A stretch of DNA of 57,888 nt from an uncultured Bacteroidia bacterium (GCA_963924815.1 CAWURO010000092.1:1-57888); one strand, 5' to 3'. Counted from the first letter of the stretch, positions 9,696 to 19,924 are shown. Numbers and translations: made by a program. Notes: generated from the letters alone by a model not told the origin.

Positions 9696-12599
9696 ATGCG
9701 TTTCTCACTTGTCTTTATTCTTTTCTCTCAGTTAGCTATTGCGCAAAAACCTAGCAACTATGTAAACCCCTTTATTGGAACAGGCGGACACGGGCATACA
9801 TTCCCAGGAGCCACGGTTCCTTTCGGAATGGTACAGTTGAGTCCAGATACTCGTGTAGATGGAAGTTGGGATGGCTGCGGAGGCTATCATTATTCAGACT
9901 CTTTTATTTATGGTTTTTCGCATACACACCTAAGTGGCACAGGCGTAAGTGATTACGGCGATATTTTATTGCTGCCTTCAGCAAATCCCATCTCCTTTAA
10001 TCCTGAAGAGTACAAAACCAAGTTTAGTCATGCTGACGAGGTAGCCAAAGCCAATTATTATGCGGTAAATCTGCCAGGTAATGGGGTGAAAGTAGAATTA
10101 ACCACTTCTACTTGGGCAGGATACCATCGGTATACCTTTGATAAGAATAAAGGTTATGTTTTACTTGACTTGAAACACCGAGATAAAACACTTGATTTCA
10201 TCATAAAAGAAAGAGGAAAACATACCCTAGATGGATTTAGAATAAGTGAAGGTTGGGCTAAGGAGCAACATTGCTATTTTTCGATGGATTTTACTCAGGA
10301 AATTTCTTCCATTGCTTACAATGCTGATAGTAGCAAAGCAGTTTTGCATTTTGATAGATTAGAAGACAATCAATTGGAAGTGTATGTAGGGCTTTCATTT
10401 ACCTCTATTGCAGGAGCACAATTAAACCTTAACTACGAAACTTCAAAAACATACGAAGAGGTACAATTTGATGAAATAGTAACAGGCGGACAAGCCTATT
10501 GGGACACCGAACTTTCCAAAATAGAAGTATTCACCCAAGACGAAAACAAGAAGCACATATTTTACACGGCACTGTATCACTGCATGATTCACCCCAATAT
10601 AGCTGAAGATGCCGATGGTAAATACCGTGGACACGATATGAAGATTCATAACAGTCCCAATCATACACAATATACCGTCTTTTCATTGTGGGATACGTAT
10701 AGGGCACTGCATCCGCTGATGACGATTATAGATGAGCAACGAACTACAGATTTCATCAATAGTTTTTTAGAAATATACAAGCAAAGTGGTCGACTACCTG
10801 TATGGGAACTAGCCAGTAACGAGACCGATTGTATGATTGGTTATCACAGCGTAAGTGTGATAGCCGATGCGTATATGAAAGGCATTCGTGGTTTTGATAC
10901 TACTCTTGCTCTAGAAGCGATGGTGGCGAGTGCCAATACCGATTTATTTGGTTTGCCGAGCTACCGCAAATATGGATTTGTACGAGCAGAAGACGAATCA
11001 GAGAGTGTAAGTAAGACCTTGGAGTATGCGTACGATGATTGGTGTATTGCCCAAATGGCAAATGAAATGGGAGAAGACAGCTTAGCAGATGTCTTTTACA
11101 AACGGTCAGAGTCATGGCGAAATATCATTAATCCTGAAACCGGTTTTGCTACTCCAAGACTAAACGGCGATTGGCTACCTAACTTTGATCCCAAAGAAGT
11201 GAATTTGCACTTCACAGAAGCCAATAGTTGGCAGTATAGTTTTGTGCAACAAGAAGCGGGTATGATGGGTTCTTCAAAAGATTTAGAAAAACGACTGGAT
11301 GCTCTATTTTCTGAAAAGGAACAAACCACAGGGAGAACACAGTCGGATATTACTGGATTAATTGGTCAGTATGCGCATGGAAATGAGCCAAGTCATCATA
11401 TTGCATATTTGTATAATTATACCCCTCACCCTGAAAAAGGACATCGAATTATTAAACAGATTTGTGATTCGTTTTATACGAATTCTCCAGATGGATTAAT
11501 CGGAAATGAGGATTGTGGACAGATGAGTGCGTGGTATATTTTGAGTAGTACGGGGATATATCCCGTTAGTCCAGGGTATGAGTTTTACTATTCAGGCCTA
11601 TGTCAATTTGATAGTGTAAAATACCATTGTAATTCTGATGAAATGTTTTCAATAATCAGCGATAAGAAAGTCGGGAGTAAATTCTACATTCTGGACACTT
11701 TGATGTTAGATAATAATAAGATAATTGGATGTTTTACTACCTTTCCTTCTATGGTTGATCATCGCTCGATAAAAGAGCACAAGAAGGTTGTATTTGCTTC
11801 CAGATTTAATTGCAGTGGACCTTATTCAGAATTTGAGCAAAAAACTACTACCTCAAATTTTATTGCGACCCCAACAATATCAGCAAATTCTATTTTTGTT
11901 GATTCAGCCTTGGTGTCCATAAAGTCAGGTGAAAAAAATTTAAGAATTGTGTATAGTATAAATGATAGTGCTGATTGGTTAGAATACTATAGACCTTTCA
12001 AGATTGATAATACAAGCCTAATTTATGCTAAATCTCAGATTCCTTTAGACACAATTTGCTTTGGGAAGAATTATTATTATGGGATGTGGATTAATTACAG
12101 CAACAGCCCCACTATCTCTGCCACCTTCTACAAAAAACCAAATAATTGGACGTGCACGCCAAGCATTCCACCTAATACGCAATACACAGGCGGCGGAGAT
12201 GATGCACTCATAGATGGCATAAATGGCACTACCAACTGGCAAGCAGGCAGATGGCAAGGATTTCAGAATAAAGAGGTTGAGTTTATAATTGATTTAAAAG
12301 AAGAAAGGAAAATCAGCGAGGTAAGCCTTAATTTTCTGCAAGATGCTCGCTCGTGGATATTGCTGCCAAAAGATGTTTCGGTATATGTAAACGGTAAATT
12401 AGTGGCTACTGACATTCTTAATGTAGATGCGTTGAGAGAAGCAAATTTTACCCAAATGGTAAAATTGAAAATCCCAAAATGCAAATCTCAAATGGTGAAA
12501 ATTGTGGTCCATTCGGCAGGCAAGCTTCCCGAAGGTCATCCCGGTTTTACGATGGATGGCGATGCATTTTTCTTTATAGATGAAATAAAAGTGAACTAA
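9696..12599 (+). CDS. GH92 family glycoside hydrolase (alpha-mannosidase-like) with a C-terminal non-catalytic extension
   Basis: GH92-typical stretches VNPFIGTGGHGHTFPGA, GFSHTHLSGTG, GNEPSHHIAYLY and GNEDCGQMSAWY. The last roughly 250 aa resemble a CHB_HEX_C-type Ig domain plus a discoidin-like domain (GGDDALIDGINGTTNWQAGRWQGF). I chose ATG 9696 (signal peptide MRFSLVFILFSQLAIAQ) over TTG 9663. Confidence 0.88.
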   Translation: MRFSLVFILFSQLAIAQKPSNYVNPFIGTGGHGHTFPGATVPFGMVQLSPDTRVDGSWDGCGGYHYSDSFIYGFSHTHLSGTGVSDYGDILLLPSANPISFNPEEYKTKFSHADEVAKANYYAVNLPGNGVKVELTTSTWAGYHRYTFDKNKGYVLLDLKHRDKTLDFIIKERGKHTLDGFRISEGWAKEQHCYFSMDFTQEISSIAYNADSSKAVLHFDRLEDNQLEVYVGLSFTSIAGAQLNLNYETSKTYEEVQFDEIVTGGQAYWDTELSKIEVFTQDENKKHIFYTALYHCMIHPNIAEDADGKYRGHDMKIHNSPNHTQYTVFSLWDTYRALHPLMTIIDEQRTTDFINSFLEIYKQSGRLPVWELASNETDCMIGYHSVSVIADAYMKGIRGFDTTLALEAMVASANTDLFGLPSYRKYGFVRAEDESESVSKTLEYAYDDWCIAQMANEMGEDSLADVFYKRSESWRNIINPETGFATPRLNGDWLPNFDPKEVNLHFTEANSWQYSFVQQEAGMMGSSKDLEKRLDALFSEKEQTTGRTQSDITGLIGQYAHGNEPSHHIAYLYNYTPHPEKGHRIIKQICDSFYTNSPDGLIGNEDCGQMSAWYILSSTGIYPVSPGYEFYYSGLCQFDSVKYHCNSDEMFSIISDKKVGSKFYILDTLMLDNNKIIGCFTTFPSMVDHRSIKEHKKVVFASRFNCSGPYSEFEQKTTTSNFIATPTISANSIFVDSALVSIKSGEKNLRIVYSINDSADWLEYYRPFKIDNTSLIYAKSQIPLDTICFGKNYYYGMWINYSNSPTISATFYKKPNNWTCTPSIPPNTQYTGGGDDALIDGINGTTNWQAGRWQGFQNKEVEFIIDLKEERKISEVSLNFLQDARSWILLPKDVSVYVNGKLVATDILNVDALREANFTQMVKLKIPKCKSQMVKIVVHSAGKLPEGHPGFTMDGDAFFFIDEIKVN

Positions 12600-12744
12600 T
12601 TCTTTCAATAGTCGGGTGTCTTAAGACCAGATTAAACCAAACATGTTTTATTTTTACATGTTTAAATCGTAATATTAGAAATATCGTGCTTATAGTTGTT
12701 TTTACTATAAGTTTTTTATATTCGCGTTTACAAAAAATAATTCT

Positions 12745-15700
12745 ATGCATAAAAGAATACAATTAATACTGATTGCACTCACCTTTTATTCGGCAATATT
12801 TGCCCAAAAAGCTACCATTTCTGGTAGAGTTATTGACACTTTAGGTCAAGGACTTATAGGAGCAATAGTGGTCGAAAAAGGAACGTCTAACGGTGCGGTA
12901 GTTGGTGAAAATGGGAAATTTTCTATTAATGTAAATGATGCTAAAACCGCATATATTACAGCTTCATACTCTGGTTACGCTAATTCAACAGTAGCCTTAG
13001 GTGGCAAAACTACCATTACCATAACGTTAAGAGAAAACGCAGTAGGCATTGGAGAAATTATGGTAGTCGGTTATGGAACTGCCACTAAAAAGGAATTTAC
13101 GGGAGCTAGTGCTTCAGTACGAGGAGAAAGTTTAGAAAAGCTAAATATACCTAGAGTAGACCAAGCGCTTCAAGGACAAATTGCAGGTGTTAGTATAAAC
13201 ACAAACTCAGGATCACCAGGAGGAGCATCTAGTATTAGAATTAGAGGTCTTTCTACCTTTGGGGATAATGACCCTCTTATATTAGTAGACGGTGTGGTTT
13301 ATGATTCGGAAGGCCTTAACGCTTTAAATCCAAATGACATTGCAAGTATAAACGTACTGAAAGATGCTACAGCCGGTATATATGGTGTGCGTGCAGCAAA
13401 TGGAGTTATCCTTATAGAAACCAAAAAAGGCAGAAAAAATTCTGCTCCAAGTATTGAGCTATCTGGATACGTAGGGATGCAACAAGCATCTAAGAAGTTA
13501 AATCTGCTAAATGCAAATGAATATGCAGTTTTGAAAAATGAAATGTTTGCAAATGGAAATCAAGCATTACCATTTAGTAATACAAATTTGGGAGAAGGAA
13601 CTAACTGGCAAGATTCTGTTTTTAAAACAGCTATGGTTAGAGACTATAATATTAACGTTTCAGGGGGTTCAGACAAAACAACCTATTCCATTGGCGGTAG
13701 TTATTTTAATCAAGACGGTATAGTTGGGCTGGATAAAGCGAATTTTAATAGAATAAACGGACGTGTAAACTTAAGTACAGAAATGAGTTCTAAACTTAAG
13801 CTCAATAGTGTTTTCTTGTACACTAAAGAAGAGAGAAGTGCCTTGCCTGAAAACGGCATTGGTTCTGTTTTATATAACACCGTTAATGCTTTTCCAACTG
13901 ATCCTGTCCGTGATGCAAATGGTAATTTCACCTATTTGGAAGAAGTATCTGATATTATCAATCCAATTGCTCAAATGCAAAACACCTACAATTCATCTCG
14001 TGTAAACAAGTTCGTCGGGAAAGAAGAGTTAGTGTACGATATACTTCCAAATCTAAGTTTCACCAATAGATTTAACTATAACTATGCGTTAGTAGATGGT
14101 AAAACATTTTCACCTTTAGTATGGTTTGGTCCTGGTAAAGCACAAAATACAGCTATCAATTCAAATCTAGATCCTACTCAAGTAGAGATCGCCCCAGGAA
14201 CGTTTATTGAGCGTGGTGCAAGTGTTACAGAGCAACGTAGCTCATACAGCGACCTTAATTTTGAGTCGTTTTTTAATCATGAAAAGGTATTTAATGCGAT
14301 TCATACGGTTAAAACTACGCTAGGAGCTTCTATCTTTAGCCGAAACGGAAGTGCGCTAGGAGGTACAGGGTATAACATCCCAAATAACTCTATTGATTAT
14401 GCCGATATTTCTGCTAATCAAGCCCCAGGAGGGTTTTTAAATAACGTGTATTCATTTCAATTTCAAGAAAGACTGTTATCTACATTCCTTAGAGCAGAAT
14501 ACAAGTATAGTTCTAAGTATTTTGGTTCAGCTATTTTGCGCAGAGACGGATCTTCTAAGTTTGGACCTAATAGTCGTTACGGAATATTCCCAACCGTTTC
14601 TGGTTCTTGGGTAGTTTCTGAAGAAGATTTTTATGACAATAAAGCTTTTGACTTCTTAAAAATAAGAGCCAGTTATGGAATAAGTGGTAATGATCAAATC
14701 GAAAATTTCGCTTATCGAGGTCTTCTAACTGGAGAAGGTGTATATGTTTTTAATGATGTAATAACTAGCGGTGCGGCGATAGGACGTGCTTCTAATCCGG
14801 ATTTGAAATGGGAAACAACTCGTCAACTTAATATAGGCGCTGATTTTAGTTTGTTTAAGAATTTAAGTGTTACGCTTAACTACTTTATTAAAAATACTAA
14901 AGATCTATTGTTTCAGCCAGATGTGTCTGGTGTGCTAGGTACTGCAGGTGCAGGAAGCTATCCTCCAATTATTAATGCTGGCGATGTTTCGAACAAAGGT
15001 CTTGAGATAGAAATGTCTCATGACGCAAAAATTAGTAAAAACTGGAGTATTACCAATAGCTTGAATGCTACCTTTATTAAAAATGAGGTAACGGCTATTC
15101 CTGAAGGAGTAGATTTTATACCTGGTGCGGCATTCGGAATTGGCGGGGGTATCGCTACTCGATTTGAACAAGGATACTCAATTGGTTACTTTATTGGATA
15201 TGAAACAGACGGAATCTTCCAAACACAAGCAGAAATTGATAACTCTCCAGTTAAACAAGATGGAGCAAAACCTGGGGATTTGCGATATGTAGATCAAAAT
15301 GGAGATGGTAAAATTAGTTTTGGAGATGATTTAGATAAAACTGAGCTAGGCTCTCCTATACCAACAGTAACTATTGGTTATAATCTTAATGTTAGATATA
15401 AAGGTTTTGACTTAGCAGGAAACTTATATGCTGCATTAGGCCAAGAGATAGTGCGCAACTATGAGAGACAGCAGCCGTATGCAAATCAACTTTCATACAC
15501 CATTAACAGATGGACGGGTGCAGGAAGTACTAACGAAGATCCAAGGCTAACGACAGCACTTAATAGAAATAATGTTTTTTCTGATTACTATGTTGAAAAG
15601 GGATCTTTCGCAAGACTGAAAAATTTACAAGTAGGCTATACTTTTTCAAATAAGAAGTTAGAAAAACTAAAAATTTCGTCTTCTAGAATTTACATAGCTG

Positions 15701-15843
15701 CCAATAATCTAGTCACTCTAACTAAGTACCAAGGTTATGATCCAGATATTGGATCAGCTGGCGGAGCACTAGGAGCAGGTATAGACTACGGATTTTATCC
15801 GCAAGCAAGAACAATAATGACAGGTATTTCTATTAAATTTTAA
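12745..15843 (+). CDS. SusC/RagA family TonB-linked outer membrane protein
   Basis: 1032 aa. Signal peptide, carboxypeptidase-regulatory-like domain (ATISGRVIDTLGQGLIGAIVV), the SusC hallmark MVVGYGTATKKEFTGA, a plug, and a barrel ending ...GISIKF. Confidence 0.95.
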   Translation: MHKRIQLILIALTFYSAIFAQKATISGRVIDTLGQGLIGAIVVEKGTSNGAVVGENGKFSINVNDAKTAYITASYSGYANSTVALGGKTTITITLRENAVGIGEIMVVGYGTATKKEFTGASASVRGESLEKLNIPRVDQALQGQIAGVSINTNSGSPGGASSIRIRGLSTFGDNDPLILVDGVVYDSEGLNALNPNDIASINVLKDATAGIYGVRAANGVILIETKKGRKNSAPSIELSGYVGMQQASKKLNLLNANEYAVLKNEMFANGNQALPFSNTNLGEGTNWQDSVFKTAMVRDYNINVSGGSDKTTYSIGGSYFNQDGIVGLDKANFNRINGRVNLSTEMSSKLKLNSVFLYTKEERSALPENGIGSVLYNTVNAFPTDPVRDANGNFTYLEEVSDIINPIAQMQNTYNSSRVNKFVGKEELVYDILPNLSFTNRFNYNYALVDGKTFSPLVWFGPGKAQNTAINSNLDPTQVEIAPGTFIERGASVTEQRSSYSDLNFESFFNHEKVFNAIHTVKTTLGASIFSRNGSALGGTGYNIPNNSIDYADISANQAPGGFLNNVYSFQFQERLLSTFLRAEYKYSSKYFGSAILRRDGSSKFGPNSRYGIFPTVSGSWVVSEEDFYDNKAFDFLKIRASYGISGNDQIENFAYRGLLTGEGVYVFNDVITSGAAIGRASNPDLKWETTRQLNIGADFSLFKNLSVTLNYFIKNTKDLLFQPDVSGVLGTAGAGSYPPIINAGDVSNKGLEIEMSHDAKISKNWSITNSLNATFIKNEVTAIPEGVDFIPGAAFGIGGGIATRFEQGYSIGYFIGYETDGIFQTQAEIDNSPVKQDGAKPGDLRYVDQNGDGKISFGDDLDKTELGSPIPTVTIGYNLNVRYKGFDLAGNLYAALGQEIVRNYERQQPYANQLSYTINRWTGAGSTNEDPRLTTALNRNNVFSDYYVEKGSFARLKNLQVGYTFSNKKLEKLKISSSRIYIAANNLVTLTKYQGYDPDIGSAGGALGAGIDYGFYPQARTIMTGISIKF

Positions 15844-15849
15844 GAAACC

Positions 15850-17334
15850 ATGAGAAATTTAAAAAACTCCATAAAAGCAATATTCTTATTTACTTTACTA
15901 TCGTTTAGTTTTGGGTGTAATAAGTTTTTAGATATCAATCCTTTATATACTCAAGATGCAGAGAATTTCTTCGAAAACAAAGAAGATTATGAACGCGCAT
16001 TAATCGGAGCGTATGATTTACTACAATCTTCTTTTGCCACCCTGTGGGTGGGAGAAATAGCTTCTGATAATGCGATAGCAGGCGGAGAAAGTGTTAGTGA
16101 CACGAGAGGCTTACACGAGATTGAGGCAATGAATCATAATGCGGTAAATAACGAATTAAGAAGTATATTTAGATGGAATTACGCTGGGATTACGCGTGCT
16201 AATTACCTTCTTGAGAATAAAAATAAAATAGATTTTGCAGGAAAAGACAAAATAATAGCAGAAGCTACTTTTCTTCGAGCCTACTATTATTTTGAATTAG
16301 TGAAATATTTTGGCGATGTGCCTTTAGTAGTAGACAAAAGATTAGGAGCGGACGAAGTGACTAAAATAGCTAGAACGCCTAGAAGCGAAGTTTACGCACA
16401 AATAGAAAAAGACCTGAATGATGCAGCTGCAGTTTTAGAATGGAATAATCCCGTTAAAGGCAGAATTACTAAAGGAGCTTGTTTAGCCTTGCTAGGTAAA
16501 GTGTATTTATATCAAGATAAATTTGCGCAATCGGCAGCAACTCTAGATATCGTAATCAAGCAAAATAAATATGCATTAATTGCAGATTATACTGATTTGT
16601 TTTCAGTAGCTAATGAAGGAAATTCGGAAACGGTTTTTGATGTTGAATATTCGGGAGCAGAAGGTGGAAGCTATGGTTGTTTAATTTGCTTAGAGGGAAA
16701 TGCCGCTGTAGGTTTTCAAGGGATAAGACAATATAATGGTCCCGTATATGGAGATGGAAATAGCTACAATCTTCCCACTCAAGATTTATATGATGCCTTT
16801 GCTGCGAATGACATAAGAAGAGATGCAACAGTGCTAGACATAGATGCATTTATTGCTAAGCAACCAAATGCAGCCAACATAACCTATGCTAAAGGCGCTG
16901 GAGGACATACAGGCTTCTACAACAATAAATATATCAAACGCCAAGGCGAAATAGGTTTGCCCGACAATGATTTAACTAGTCCTGTGAATTACAGATCAAT
17001 ACGATACGCAGATGTATTACTTATGGCTGCAGAAGCACATAACCGATCTAGTTCTCCTAACGACATTCTGGCTAAAAGTTACTTAAATGAAGTAAGAAGT
17101 AGAGTAAATATGCAAGATATTACTTCTAGTGGAAGTCAGCTGACAGAAGATATATGGTCTGAACGTAGATTTGAATTATCAGGGGAAGGTCATCGATTTT
17201 TCGACCTCGTAAGAACAGGAAAAGCTGCAGCAGCAATAACTGGGTTTACTCCTGGCAAAAATGAATTATTCCCTATTCCACAGGTTGAGATTGACTTAGC
17301 GGGTGGTAATTGGTCACAAAACAATTATTATTAA
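15850..17334 (+). CDS. SusD/RagB family nutrient-binding outer membrane lipoprotein
   Basis: Lipobox FSFGC. Also RAYYYFELVKYFGDVPL and ERRFELSGEGHRFFDLVR. Starts 6 nt after susC. Confidence 0.95.
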   Translation: MRNLKNSIKAIFLFTLLSFSFGCNKFLDINPLYTQDAENFFENKEDYERALIGAYDLLQSSFATLWVGEIASDNAIAGGESVSDTRGLHEIEAMNHNAVNNELRSIFRWNYAGITRANYLLENKNKIDFAGKDKIIAEATFLRAYYYFELVKYFGDVPLVVDKRLGADEVTKIARTPRSEVYAQIEKDLNDAAAVLEWNNPVKGRITKGACLALLGKVYLYQDKFAQSAATLDIVIKQNKYALIADYTDLFSVANEGNSETVFDVEYSGAEGGSYGCLICLEGNAAVGFQGIRQYNGPVYGDGNSYNLPTQDLYDAFAANDIRRDATVLDIDAFIAKQPNAANITYAKGAGGHTGFYNNKYIKRQGEIGLPDNDLTSPVNYRSIRYADVLLMAAEAHNRSSSPNDILAKSYLNEVRSRVNMQDITSSGSQLTEDIWSERRFELSGEGHRFFDLVRTGKAAAAITGFTPGKNELFPIPQVEIDLAGGNWSQNNYY

Positions 17335-17345
17335 TACTAAACAAA

Positions 17346-18683
17346 ATGAAAAAAACGACACTTATTTTATTTGCAATTGCAGTGATACTAGGAGTATCTA
17401 GCTGTAAAGAAAAAGACACGCCTACTCTTGGCACAGCGCCTACTGAAGCAGATGCAGCTTTTACCTATGCTCCGTCAGCGGGTAATGCTAACATCATTGA
17501 TTTCATGGCAACCAACACTACGATGACGTCTAAATGGGATTTTGGAAACGGAATACTAGGCGAGGGAACTACTGCGCAAGGGACTTACCCAAACAAAGGG
17601 ACTTACACGGTTACTCACACGGTATTTAATTCTGGAGGTAGCGCAAGCTCTTCACAAGATATCGTGATAGCTCAAGATGATCAATCTTTATTAAGCAACC
17701 CACTTTTTACACTTCTTACGGGAGGTATAGCAGGCGGAGGTAGCAAAACATGGGTATTAGATTCTACCCGTGCTGGTCATATGGGAGTAGGTCCTGTAGC
17801 TGGCAACTGGCCTGAGTGGTGGTCTGCTTTAAGTCTTGATAAGGCTCAAACAGGTCTTTATGATGACCAATTCGTTTTCAAATTAGATGGATTTAAATTT
17901 GACCAAATCACAAATGGTGACATCTACGTAAAGACGGGACATGAAACAGATTTTGCAGATCCTTTTATAAATAAAGGTGATTTTACAGCGACGTATGCAA
18001 ATCAAATGAACCAATCTTGGACAATAATAGAAGGTACTGATACTACAATAGAGGTTTCGGGAACTGCATTTATTGGGATGTACACAGGTGTTAGATCGTA
18101 TAGAGTAGAAACTATTTCTGAAAATGAGTTAACGTTAAGTTATGTTGACACTAAAGACGCTACGGTTAGATGGTATGTTAGACTAGTTCCAGAAGACTTC
18201 CCAATTGATGGTGGAGGCGGAGGAAACACCTCTACCGTTACACTTCCTATTAATTTTCAAGAAGCAACAGAAGTTGCTTGGACTGTATTCGGCGGTAGTA
18301 CGTACTCAGTTATTGCAAACCCACATAGCGGAGGTATAAACACAAGTGCTAAAGTTTTAGAAACTGTTCACGGTGGAGAAACTTGGGCTGGTTTATTTGT
18401 GGACTTAAAAGATAATCTTGATTTCACAGCAGGAAAGCCAACAATTAGTGTTAAAGTATGGGCCCCAGTAACTGGGACTATGCGTATAAAAATAGAAAAT
18501 ATCGCAAATTCTGCTGATGTTTTTGAAAAAGACGTTGAGATTACTACAGCCAATGCTTGGCAAGAAGTTAGTGTTGATTTTAGCGAGGCTGCTGCAGGCA
18601 CTTATGCTAGAGTTGTATTATTTCCAGGATGGAATGTGGCTAACGCAGGAACTTTCTATATTGACGACGTAACTCAAAAATAA
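17346..18683 (+). CDS. PKD-domain surface glycan-binding lipoprotein with a C-terminal CBM-like domain
   Basis: Lipobox LGVSSC. PKD-like WDFGNG...GTYTVTHTV, a G-rich linker (DGGGGGNTS) and a C-terminal beta-sandwich ending FYIDDVTQK. Its position after susD is typical of SusE/F-like proteins in laminarin PULs. I chose ATG 17346 over the overlapping upstream start at 17310. Confidence 0.8.
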   Translation: MKKTTLILFAIAVILGVSSCKEKDTPTLGTAPTEADAAFTYAPSAGNANIIDFMATNTTMTSKWDFGNGILGEGTTAQGTYPNKGTYTVTHTVFNSGGSASSSQDIVIAQDDQSLLSNPLFTLLTGGIAGGGSKTWVLDSTRAGHMGVGPVAGNWPEWWSALSLDKAQTGLYDDQFVFKLDGFKFDQITNGDIYVKTGHETDFADPFINKGDFTATYANQMNQSWTIIEGTDTTIEVSGTAFIGMYTGVRSYRVETISENELTLSYVDTKDATVRWYVRLVPEDFPIDGGGGGNTSTVTLPINFQEATEVAWTVFGGSTYSVIANPHSGGINTSAKVLETVHGGETWAGLFVDLKDNLDFTAGKPTISVKVWAPVTGTMRIKIENIANSADVFEKDVEITTANAWQEVSVDFSEAAAGTYARVVLFPGWNVANAGTFYIDDVTQK

Positions 18684-18702
18684 ATAACATATATATGACG
18701 AA

Positions 18703-18736
18703 GGGAGTAGTAGGTATGCTTACTACTCCCTTTTTC
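18703..18736 (+). terminator. Strong rho-independent terminator between the PKD/CBM gene and GH16
   Basis: GGGAGTAGTA-n8-TACTACTCCC is a perfect 10-bp stem, followed by TTTTT. Confidence 0.75.
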
Positions 18737-18755
18737 TTTGTAATGAGTATATAAA

Positions 18756-19862
18756 ATGAAATATTTAACCATAGCACTTTTTCTTTTAATCACAACACTT
18801 GGGTGTAAGGAAGAGCCAAAGCCCATAGTAGTACTTCCAACCAACCTAATGGTAAAACTTGAGTTACAAGCAGGAGTACCTGGAAAAGTAAACGTAACGG
18901 CTACTGCAGATAATGAAAATTTTTATACCATTATTTTTAATGATGGTATAAATACAGAGTCTAAAGAGGTAAATGACGGGAAAGCGTCACACACCTACGG
19001 TGAGTCAGGCACTTATATTGTTACGGTAAGGGCTCATACACTTGCCGCAAACTTTATTGAGTCTAACGATACCATAGTCATAAATATAGACCCTACTACC
19101 ACAGCGGATGGAAGACCCTTAAAAGGGTATACCACGCCACTTTCACAACCAGGGTACAGTTTGGTTTGGAATGATGAATTTGAAGGGTCTAGCTTAAACG
19201 AAAATGACTGGAATTTTGAGACTGGCGCTGGAGGTTGGGGTAATAACGAGCTACAATATTACCGAAAAGAAAACACAACGGTAAAGGAAGGCTTTTTAAG
19301 TATCGAAGCTAAAAAACAGAGTGCAGGTAGCAGTATGTACACATCTTCGAGGCTTACTACGCAAGGTAAAAGAAATTTTAAATACGGAAGAGTAGATATT
19401 AGAGCCGCGCTTCCAGAGGGGCAAGGTATGTGGCCAGCATTATGGATGTTAGGTGAAAACATTAGCTCAATTGGGTGGCCCGCATGTGGCGAAATTGATA
19501 TTATGGAAATGATAGGGGGGGCATCTAATGGTAGATCTGATAGAACTACCCATGGCACTATTCACTGGGAAGGGAATAATAAGGACCATGCGTCTTATGG
19601 AACGAGTAAAACGATAGCTAAAAAGCTTTCGGAAGAGTTTCACGTGTATTCTATTGTATGGGATGCTAATAGCATAAAGTGGTATTTTGACGATGTACAG
19701 TTTAATACCGCAGATATTAAGCCTTCGTTATTAAGCGAATTTCATGAAAATTTCTTTTTTATAATGAACGTAGCTGTAGGCGGTAATTGGCCTGGCTCAC
19801 CTGATGAAACAACCGTTTTTCCACAAAAAATGTGGGTAGACTATATTAGAATGTATCAATAA
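18756..19862 (+). CDS. GH16 beta-glucanase (laminarinase-type) lipoprotein with an N-terminal Ig/PKD-like domain
   Basis: Lipobox TTLGC. GH16 catalytic motif GEIDIMEM (E-x-D-x-x-E), plus WPALWMLG and the C-terminal VDYIRMYQ. Confidence 0.92.
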   Translation: MKYLTIALFLLITTLGCKEEPKPIVVLPTNLMVKLELQAGVPGKVNVTATADNENFYTIIFNDGINTESKEVNDGKASHTYGESGTYIVTVRAHTLAANFIESNDTIVINIDPTTTADGRPLKGYTTPLSQPGYSLVWNDEFEGSSLNENDWNFETGAGGWGNNELQYYRKENTTVKEGFLSIEAKKQSAGSSMYTSSRLTTQGKRNFKYGRVDIRAALPEGQGMWPALWMLGENISSIGWPACGEIDIMEMIGGASNGRSDRTTHGTIHWEGNNKDHASYGTSKTIAKKLSEEFHVYSIVWDANSIKWYFDDVQFNTADIKPSLLSEFHENFFFIMNVAVGGNWPGSPDETTVFPQKMWVDYIRMYQ

Positions 19863-19881
19863 GAGAGATTATGTAAAATAC

Positions 19882-19911
19882 AAAAGCATCACTATAAACG
19901 ATGCTTTTTTT
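19882..19911. terminator. Bidirectional terminator between convergent GH16 and methyltransferase genes
   Basis: AAAAGCATC-n9-GATGCTTTT stem flanked by A and T runs. Confidence 0.65.
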
Positions 19912-19924
19912 ATATCCTGAGAGT

